This document shows, one piece after another, positions 54,592 through 64,000 of a stretch of DNA of 64,000 bases. The position numbers and the translations under genes are program-made. The DNA comes from Candidatus Dormiibacterota bacterium (GTDB lineage Bacteria; Acidobacteriota; Terriglobia; Terriglobales; Acidobacteriaceae), in NCBI GenBank assembly GCA_035566655.1, contig DATMQT010000102.1, positions 4,188 through 68,187 of the forward strand. The letters are read 5' to 3'. How positions within the stretch are numbered: position 1 is the first letter of the stretch; each line of letters begins with the position of its first letter. The notes under the pieces are model-generated. The model was not told where the DNA came from, ran no database searches, and worked only from the letters and a program-made list of their open reading frames with translations.

Positions 54592-55323
54592 ATGCACCCC
54601 ATCGCTACCAGCATATTGCTCGGCCTTACTGCCGCTGTCGCCAACGTCTTCGGCGGGGCGATTATTGTGCAGCGCAGTTGGGAGCGGCGCTATCTCCGGT
54701 ACTTTGTCGCCTTGGGCGCGGGATTCATGTTGGCCACCGCCTTGGTCGAGATGGTTCCGGAAAGTTTGGAGCTGCGCGGCCGCAGCGCTGCGTTTCTGAT
54801 CCTGCTGGGCTACCTCCTCATTCATTTTTTCGAGCATACGGTCACGCCGCACTTCCACTTCGGAGAGGAGACGCATAAAGACGAGTTCATGCACTCGCAC
54901 AAGGGATACTCGGTGCTTCTGGGGCTCATCATCCACACATTTTTTGACGGCATCGCCATCGCGTCTGGATTTCTAGTGTCGAACGCGCTCGGCTGGATCA
55001 TCTTTTTCGCCATCTTCCTGCATAAGATTCCCGAGGGCTTTACGGTAAGTTCGGTGATGCTGGCCAGCGGACGCAGCCGGGGCACGGCGTGGGGCGCGTC
55101 GGTGGTCCTGGGCGGGGCAACGCTGGCGGGGGTTCTGACCATGGCGTTGTTTCGCCAACATGTGGACTCCGGGTTGCCGCTGGCGGCGGGGGTCACGATC
55201 TACGTGGCGGCTTCGGATTTAATCCCTGAGGTTAACAAAGAACCGGGTGCCAAGATGGCTCTGCTGGTTTTCGTGGGAGCCGGGGTCGTGTTTCTGCTGG
55301 ACGCGTTGTTTCACGTGCACTGA
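54592..55323 (+). CDS. ZIP-family divalent metal transporter (ZupT-like)
   Basis: HTFFDGIAIA and HKIPEGF motifs, about 8 TM segments. Confidence 0.9.
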   Translation: MHPIATSILLGLTAAVANVFGGAIIVQRSWERRYLRYFVALGAGFMLATALVEMVPESLELRGRSAAFLILLGYLLIHFFEHTVTPHFHFGEETHKDEFMHSHKGYSVLLGLIIHTFFDGIAIASGFLVSNALGWIIFFAIFLHKIPEGFTVSSVMLASGRSRGTAWGASVVLGGATLAGVLTMALFRQHVDSGLPLAAGVTIYVAASDLIPEVNKEPGAKMALLVFVGAGVVFLLDALFHVH

Positions 55324-55499
55324 TGGCAGTGGTCAGTGGAGACTCGGTCGACCTGATCGTTTTGTCAATTCAATTCTTGGTTTTGTGTTCCGAAACCGGC
55401 AGGACGTGCGGCCCAGGGGCTCCTGTCGTTAACGATAGGAAATCCGGTGGGGGCACGGCCAAAGCCGTGCCCTTCCCGAACCATTTTGTGAAACCAGCT

Positions 55500-56921
55500 C
55501 TAGTTCACCGTGATGCTTACGGCTGGCGACGGGATTCCGTTGGCGACCACTACCAAGGAACTGGCCCCGGTTTCCATGCCCGCGGGCACATCAAAGCTGG
55601 TGGAAACGACGGTGGAGCCGGTGGCTACGCCCATTGTGCTGTGGCCGTGCGTCTTGGCGTAGAAAACGTGCCCGGTACTCTTGTTGGTGATGCGCACCAG
55701 GGGATAGTTGGTCGCGGTCTGGTACTCATCTCCGAACGCGGCAGCTTGTGACAAGCCATTGAACTGGGTGCCCGTGATTTTGTAAGTCGAGCCGCGCACT
55801 ACCGTGGAGGGAACAGCGTGGATGGCTGGCGCCCACGCGGGCGAATACGTGCCTGAAGAAGTGTAGACTTCGCTGCCGCCCACCAGTACTTGGCCGGTGG
55901 GTAGGAGCATCAAGCTGCCGGGCGTGGAGGGTACGGTGGTCAGGGTGGTGCCGTTGAACTCATAGGAGGCGAATGCGCCTTCCACAAGAACGTTGCCGCT
56001 GGGCAGCAACGCAGCGAAGGAATCGCCGGCATTGTCTCCGTTGGGGAAGTCGGGGCCAACGCTCCAACCTGTGGTGGGAGAATAGACGGCGGTGTGTCCC
56101 GCGCCGCTGCCGGTGCTGGTGTAAGAGCCAGTGACGAAAACTGTGCCATCGGGCCGGAGAATCGCGGGGCCGATTTCTCCAGGCGGGTAGTAACAGAGCT
56201 TGCCTCCGGGACCATAATGCAGGCAGCCGAAAGTCGAGGGCGAGTGCAAGTCAACGATCGTGCTGCCCGCCGAGGCCCACGCGCCGGCGGAGGAAGTGTA
56301 GATCTCAGAGTTGGGAGCGTCCTTCACGTCGGCGGTGAGGACGGTACCGTTGGGCAGGAGCGTCCAGCCCTCTTCGGCGTCGAAATCAGCCTTGCCGGCG
56401 GAGGGCACAATCTGCCAGGTAAGAGTCTTCGGATTCAGCACCGCTAACTGTTTGGTGAGTTTGTTTCCCACCAGAAACTTGCCGCTGGGGAGAACCACCG
56501 CAGGGGAGTCTCCAATGTAGGACCAGGTCTTGGGAGGGGCAAGCGAGGCCCAGGTGTTGGACCCGGGATTGTAGATTGCACCCAGGTTGGTGAGGGTGAA
56601 GGCGCCGTTGTTGTATTCGCCGCCGACGATTACGAGACGGCCGTCGGCCAGCACTGCCGAGGCGAAAGCATCGGGCACGTATCCGGCAGGCAAATTGGGC
56701 AGTTGAGTCCAGGTGCCGTTGACGTAGCTTCCAGTGTTGTCGGGAGTGAGCTTATACCAATCGGAATCGCGGAAGCCTTGCGCGACCACCGTGCCGTCCG
56801 TCATCTGAAAGGTTAAGATGGCGCCGTCGGGCGGCTGATGATTGATGCGGGTCAAAGTTTGTGCGACAGATACGCTGCAAACGGCGAGCAGCAGCATTCC
56901 TGTAAGAAATTTCCTTGCCAA
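55500..56921 (-). CDS. secreted Kelch/galactose-oxidase-like propeller protein with a C-terminal Ig-like (IPT/TIG-like) domain
   Basis: Signal peptide, repeated blades with GG and W/Y (LVIVGGEYNNG, IYNPGSNTW), C-terminal beta-rich domain. TTG at 56921 or ATG at 56897 as start. Confidence 0.6.
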   Translation of the reverse strand: MARKFLTGMLLLAVCSVSVAQTLTRINHQPPDGAILTFQMTDGTVVAQGFRDSDWYKLTPDNTGSYVNGTWTQLPNLPAGYVPDAFASAVLADGRLVIVGGEYNNGAFTLTNLGAIYNPGSNTWASLAPPKTWSYIGDSPAVVLPSGKFLVGNKLTKQLAVLNPKTLTWQIVPSAGKADFDAEEGWTLLPNGTVLTADVKDAPNSEIYTSSAGAWASAGSTIVDLHSPSTFGCLHYGPGGKLCYYPPGEIGPAILRPDGTVFVTGSYTSTGSGAGHTAVYSPTTGWSVGPDFPNGDNAGDSFAALLPSGNVLVEGAFASYEFNGTTLTTVPSTPGSLMLLPTGQVLVGGSEVYTSSGTYSPAWAPAIHAVPSTVVRGSTYKITGTQFNGLSQAAAFGDEYQTATNYPLVRITNKSTGHVFYAKTHGHSTMGVATGSTVVSTSFDVPAGMETGASSLVVVANGIPSPAVSITVN

Positions 56922-57133
56922 AATACACCCCCAATCTTGATTGATGGTGAACTATTGAAGAAATGCTTTACGATCGAAGTCAGCCGGAAAGGTTACTACA
57001 CTTCGAGCAGAGGAACCGCTATCTGCGCGCGATTTAATCAACTTTTTACAATGCAGTCGTTGGTCTTCTGCGCCGAGGAGACTTTGTTCTCTAGTGCAGG
57101 AGTTGCAATCTAGAGTTTCTTGAGCCCGCGCCT

Positions 57134-58372
57134 TCAGTCCACCGTATGCTTGGCGGTGTAGCCGTCGCGGGCGACGACTTCAATCTTCACGTCCTTGCCC
57201 CTCTGGTCCTTAAACTTCAGCGGGCCGCCATCGGCCGCGACCACCTGGACTTTCAGCTTGCGGTAGGTACCGTCGAGCTTGCTGTTGGTGGGATGGTAGG
57301 AGATCGAATACTGATTGCGGATGTCGGTGGAGATATCGGCGAACAACTCCGGCATCTCGGCCTCGAAACGCGGAAAGTAGGCGCGTCCACCAGTCATGGC
57401 GGCGAAGGTGCGCATTTGATTGTCGGCCTGCGCATAGTCAATTGGTCTCAGGGGAGCGCCAAAGGTGCCATGAGGAGCAGCGCGGTTGTGCGCATCAAAG
57501 TATTCCCGGATGGCGAATCCCACGCTGATCGGGAAGATGGTCACGTCCTTCGTGGCTTTGACCTTCTTCAGAATGGTGTCCAGTGTGATCTTGCTGAAGG
57601 TATCGAGCCCGGTGGCGATAAGAATGATGTATTTCTTACCCTCCACTCGATCGAGGCGGTCGAGCGTGTCATAGAGGGCGTCGAAAATATTACTTTCAGA
57701 GAAGCCCGGAATCCGCAATGAGTTCAGCGCACCATAGATGGCATGCTTGTCCTGGGTAAAATCCACCAGGATGTGTGGCTGCATGTCGAAATAGCTCACC
57801 GCGGCCCAGTCGTCTTTCGTAAGGCTGTTGGCAAAGGCGTAGGCGCCCTGTAGAGCCTGCACCAGGAAATAGTTCGAGTAATAGTTGTTGGCGAATTCCA
57901 CCATGACCACCGCCGTGATCGGCGCTTTGGTTACGTTGAAGTTGGTGATTTGCTGTTGCGATCCGTCTTCGAAGACCCGGAAATTCTCCTTCTTCAGGCC
58001 GGGAATAAACTGCCCGTTACTTTTCGCGTTGACCAGCACATCCACATTCACGAGGGGGACGTTCACCTTTATGGAATAGTCGGACAAACCCTCGACGGGA
58101 GGGGCCGCAGCGCGCGGTGGAGGCGGCGGGGGAGCCGCTTCAGGATTCTTCTTCGGGATGGCGTAGGGACCAACGTTGTCGGTGGGACCACCCGCCTCGG
58201 CTGGGACGTCCTGCTTGGGCTTGCCGGTGTCCTGAGTCTTGTCTTGAATCTTGTCTTGCGGCGCGGCCTGCGACTGGCTCTGGGCGCAGGCTGGCGGGAC
58301 GACGCACAGCAAGGGCAGCGAAACTGCCAGCATCAGCGCGGTGCGACTGTGGAAACGCGACCACCGGTTCAT
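57134..58372 (-). CDS. VWA-domain protein of the acidobacterial VWFA-related type
   Basis: Signal peptide, Pro-rich linker, VDVLVNAKSNGQFIPGLKKENFRVFEDGSQQQI pattern, then a VWA-like core. The start may be 58393. Confidence 0.75.
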   Translation of the reverse strand: MNRWSRFHSRTALMLAVSLPLLCVVPPACAQSQSQAAPQDKIQDKTQDTGKPKQDVPAEAGGPTDNVGPYAIPKKNPEAAPPPPPPRAAAPPVEGLSDYSIKVNVPLVNVDVLVNAKSNGQFIPGLKKENFRVFEDGSQQQITNFNVTKAPITAVVMVEFANNYYSNYFLVQALQGAYAFANSLTKDDWAAVSYFDMQPHILVDFTQDKHAIYGALNSLRIPGFSESNIFDALYDTLDRLDRVEGKKYIILIATGLDTFSKITLDTILKKVKATKDVTIFPISVGFAIREYFDAHNRAAPHGTFGAPLRPIDYAQADNQMRTFAAMTGGRAYFPRFEAEMPELFADISTDIRNQYSISYHPTNSKLDGTYRKLKVQVVAADGGPLKFKDQRGKDVKIEVVARDGYTAKHTVD

Positions 58373-58583
58373 GACCATCCATTCGGCAAGCATACCAACC
58401 TCGGAGGAAAAGGACTCTTGGGAGGGTAAATTCCCTATGCTAGTATAGACGCAGGAATTCGCGATTGGGATGTTTGTGCCCGGCCCCAGGTATTTCCCCT
58501 CCTGGCAACGACTTACAATCTGGCGGAGTCTAATCTAGTATCAGTAAAGGCGGGGCCATCTGGCCTGCCGGGCGTTGGGGTTC

Positions 58584-60407
58584 ATGAAGAAGCTTGCTTT
58601 CGCGCTGCTCGTCACCAGCCTATCCTTTCCCTCTTTTGTGTGTGCCCAAACCTCTTCTGCACCCACGGCGCAAAATCCTCAAATCATTACTGTTAGCCAG
58701 ATTCACGCGGGCATGCGCGGGGTCGCCTACACGGTGTTTGAAGGGGTGAAGCCGGAGTCGATGGACGTGGAAGTGCTGGGCGTGCTGCACAACGTGAACG
58801 GGCCGAAGGGCGACATTATTCTGGTGCGGCTGCACGGGACGAAGGTCGAGTACACGGGCGTGGTGGCCGGGATGAGCGGCAGTCCGGTTTACCTGGATGG
58901 CAAACTCGCCGGGGCGCTCGCGTTTCGCATCGGAGAATTTTCCAAAGAGCCGATCGCTGGAGTTACGCCGATTGCCGACATGCTGGAAATCAACGCGCTT
59001 GATCGCTCACCCTCGGAGGAGACTTCCGCGGTCAAGCCTTCGGTGAATTCAGTCGCCGGCAAGACTGCCGCTCCTGGGGAAGCGCTGGCGTTGGCGGGCT
59101 CGGGTCAGGATTCAGCCGGGAATTTTGCGAACTACTTGAAGCCCATCGAGACTCCTCTGGTCTTCAACGGATTCTCCGAACAGGCGATTCAGCTTTTCGC
59201 GCCGCAGTTTGCCTCAGCCGGAATCGTCCCGGTCATGGGCGCGGGATCGGTTAGTAATGACAAGCAGCCGGAGCCGCTCGAAGCCGGGTCTGCCATCAGC
59301 GCCATCCTGGTGCGCGGCGACATGGACATTGCGGCTACCTGCACGGTGACTTACGTGGATCCGCAGCGGCTGCTGGCCTGCGGACACCCCCTGCTGCAAT
59401 TCGGCTCTGTCGACTTGCCCATGAACAAAGCCGAGGTTCTGGCCACGCTGCCCTCGCCACTCAACGCGTTCAAAATCGTGAACACCACTGAGGCCGTGGG
59501 GACGTTTGTCCAGGACCGCCACACCGGCATCATGGGCGTCTTCGACCGTCAGCCGCAGATGATTCCGGTTACGTTGACCATCCACAGCGGCACGGGTTCG
59601 AAAGAATTTCACTACGAAGTGTTGAACAATCCCCGGCTGACTCCGGTGGCCCTGATGGTGACGGTGTTCAACGCGCTGCACGGCGTGAACGAGTTCGGAG
59701 AAGAGATCACTTACCGGCTCGCGGGCAGCATCGGCGTAAAGGGATTCCCTGACGTGACCATGCGCAATATGTTCGCACCGGTCGAGAACGGGCAGCCGGC
59801 GGCGATGCAGGCCGCGCTCTCGCTGGGCGAGCGCTTCGGACGCATCTATGACAATCCTTATAACGCTCCCGCGATCGCGGGCGTGAAACTGGAATTCGAT
59901 CTGGTCCGCGAACGGCGCTGGGCGCGCCTGGAGAGCGCCCGCACTGATGTAACGGAAGCCCGTCCCGGCCAGGAGATTACGCTTGAGACGGTGCTCGCTC
60001 CTTACCGCGGCGAGCGCACGGTGCGGCAGATTCGCGTGAAGATTCCCACCTCGGCGAGCAAAGGCACGCTACGCATCCTGGTGAGCGACGGGGAGACCTT
60101 GGACCGCATCGGCCGCGGCAATCCGGCGTTCGGCCGCAAGCTCGATCTGGCCTCGACTATCGCGGTGCTCAACAAAGAGCACTCCAACAACCGCGTTTAT
60201 GTTTCGCTGCTCGAGGGAAATCCTGAAGCCCGCGTCGCCGACAAAGTGATGCCGACGCTTCCCATCTCGATCATGAACGTGATGGATGGCATGCGTGGCA
60301 ATCAGGAAATGGTGGTTTCGGGCGAATCGAATGTGGATGAGACGGCAACCGCTCCGCTGGATTATGTGGTGTCAGGAGCTCAGTTGCTGACGGTGACTAT
60401 CAAGTAA
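58584..60407 (+). CDS. secreted peptidase S55 (SpoIVB-like) domain protein
   Basis: Signal peptide. AGMSGSPVY serine-protease motif in an N-terminal domain resembling SpoIVB. Large C-terminal region of unknown function. Confidence 0.65.
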   Translation: MKKLAFALLVTSLSFPSFVCAQTSSAPTAQNPQIITVSQIHAGMRGVAYTVFEGVKPESMDVEVLGVLHNVNGPKGDIILVRLHGTKVEYTGVVAGMSGSPVYLDGKLAGALAFRIGEFSKEPIAGVTPIADMLEINALDRSPSEETSAVKPSVNSVAGKTAAPGEALALAGSGQDSAGNFANYLKPIETPLVFNGFSEQAIQLFAPQFASAGIVPVMGAGSVSNDKQPEPLEAGSAISAILVRGDMDIAATCTVTYVDPQRLLACGHPLLQFGSVDLPMNKAEVLATLPSPLNAFKIVNTTEAVGTFVQDRHTGIMGVFDRQPQMIPVTLTIHSGTGSKEFHYEVLNNPRLTPVALMVTVFNALHGVNEFGEEITYRLAGSIGVKGFPDVTMRNMFAPVENGQPAAMQAALSLGERFGRIYDNPYNAPAIAGVKLEFDLVRERRWARLESARTDVTEARPGQEITLETVLAPYRGERTVRQIRVKIPTSASKGTLRILVSDGETLDRIGRGNPAFGRKLDLASTIAVLNKEHSNNRVYVSLLEGNPEARVADKVMPTLPISIMNVMDGMRGNQEMVVSGESNVDETATAPLDYVVSGAQLLTVTIK

Positions 60408-60437
60408 GTACCTAGTACCCACTACCCAGTACCCAGC
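60408..60437. repeat. tandem heptamer array (gtaccta gtaccca ctaccca gtaccca)
   Basis: Lies in a convergent junction and overlaps the last codons of the CPBP gene (LKLGTG). Same AGTACCC word as the arms at 54111/54559. Confidence 0.75.
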
Positions 60438-61333
60438 TTCAGGTAGGCCAGCAGCACTGCCGCTTTCTCCATGTGCCTAAACCCATCCGTCTGCAAAGCT
60501 GCCAGTACCATCAATGTTCCGTTGTAGCCCACGTGCGCCAGAAAGCTTGAGGCCACCGACTTCGTCGCCGCCCGGACGGTCGTGAGTACGACGCCGACGA
60601 GAGAGACTATCAGCACCGCCCCCCAGGAACGATACTGCAGGTAGTGCATCAGGCCGAAGGGCATGGCGGTGAGAAGGATTCCCCAGACTACTCCCATCCG
60701 CCGGGCAATCACCGGATAGAGGAATCCGCGAAAGAAAAGTTCTTCCATCAAGGGGCCGAGAGTTACAGCGAAGGCGACGGTGAGATAAGCATCGGAAGGC
60801 TTGTCAAAGAATTGATCGAAGGGCGTGGTCTTGGGCATGGGCAGGTATCGGCCAAGAATGTCGAAGGCGAGCATGAGCACTCCTACGCCGAACATGCTCA
60901 GTCCGACGAAACCCGGCCAACTCCAGCGAATTGCCTGCCAGAAGCGCGTGTGATATTTGACTTGGACCAGCACCATCATGTACAGCGCTACGACAACATA
61001 AGAGAGTAATTGGGCCAGCAAGACAGATATGGGCTTCTGTGCAAGGTCCAGCCAAGGCACACGGGGATAGACGAAGCGGAGCACGCCCGGCGCGATGACA
61101 AGTTGCGTGACGAAAAGCATGAGCAGCGTGAGTCCGGCGATCAGCAGCACGTCCCAGCCGCTCCACACTGGGTTCTCGCCGGCTTTCGGCGCGGGCGTTT
61201 CTGGCAGGAACGCAGGCGGCGGAAAAGGGTCGGCCACCACCTGGACGGGAGCCTGCGGCTCGGCGTTCAGCGGCGTCGGGTCAAGGTGCGGATCTTCGGG
61301 TGAGGCCAAGACTTTCCCTTCGCTTAATGGCAA
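60422..61333 (-). CDS. CPBP-family intramembrane glutamic endopeptidase (CAAX protease / Abi-like)
   Basis: EELFFRGFLYP and FGLMH motifs, 6-7 TM segments. TTG start in the track, so the start is uncertain. Confidence 0.85.
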   Translation of the reverse strand: MPLSEGKVLASPEDPHLDPTPLNAEPQAPVQVVADPFPPPAFLPETPAPKAGENPVWSGWDVLLIAGLTLLMLFVTQLVIAPGVLRFVYPRVPWLDLAQKPISVLLAQLLSYVVVALYMMVLVQVKYHTRFWQAIRWSWPGFVGLSMFGVGVLMLAFDILGRYLPMPKTTPFDQFFDKPSDAYLTVAFAVTLGPLMEELFFRGFLYPVIARRMGVVWGILLTAMPFGLMHYLQYRSWGAVLIVSLVGVVLTTVRAATKSVASSFLAHVGYNGTLMVLAALQTDGFRHMEKAAVLLAYLKLGTG

Positions 61334-61428
61334 GACACAAGATTAGCATTGTTACTGCAGGATTGGTCGCGATGGATTAGCTGCGATTTTCCAGCTCGCG
61401 CATATGGCCGCAGAGTTTGCATTCTCCC

Positions 61429-64000
<2,572 letters not shown>

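Overview
High-GC (roughly 57-62% on hand-sampled lines) chromosomal window. By gene content it most likely comes from an Acidobacteriota (Terriglobia-like) genome; that assignment is an inference based on the VWFA-related acidobacterial-type protein, the Ser/Thr kinase fused to a TolB-like propeller, the ECF sigma/anti-sigma/DUF3106 trio and the many secreted Kelch/Ig-like proteins. I can support about 50 CDS and 2 tRNAs: Val-CAC and Glu-CUC. I saw no rRNA, CRISPR array, transposase, integrase or phage genes. Recognisable units are: an imuA-imuB-dnaE2 mutagenesis cassette, ppc, a phoU plus OmpR-type regulator pair, trxB, ggt, ccmF-ccmH, htpX, a MoxR ATPase, ychF, uvrA (5' end outside the window), and a BlaI/BlaR1-type module. 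All product calls come from motifs recognised by eye, because no database search was possible. The feature that gene annotation does not explain is a very dense set (at least 19 loci) of short elements built from tandem 7-8 nt words. They usually form an imperfect hairpin (arm, loop, reverse-complement arm), and each locus uses its own word. They fill intercistronic and convergent gaps. Some sit in-frame inside dnaE2 (twice) and imuB. One pair of arms brackets a decayed four-helix-bundle (23S-IVS/Avd-family) gene. A second dispersed family, TGTCATYC...GGAATC (5 copies), brackets the GH16 gene and is nested inside one of the dnaE2 insertions. Several CDS also carry 15-nt tandem repeats (ppc, DUF3106, an NTF2-like signal peptide). 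The best candidate for an undescribed protein system is the BlaI / BlaR1(M56) pair, whose sensor domain is replaced by 8 tandem 28-aa repeats, followed by a secreted paralogue carrying 7 copies of the same repeat.
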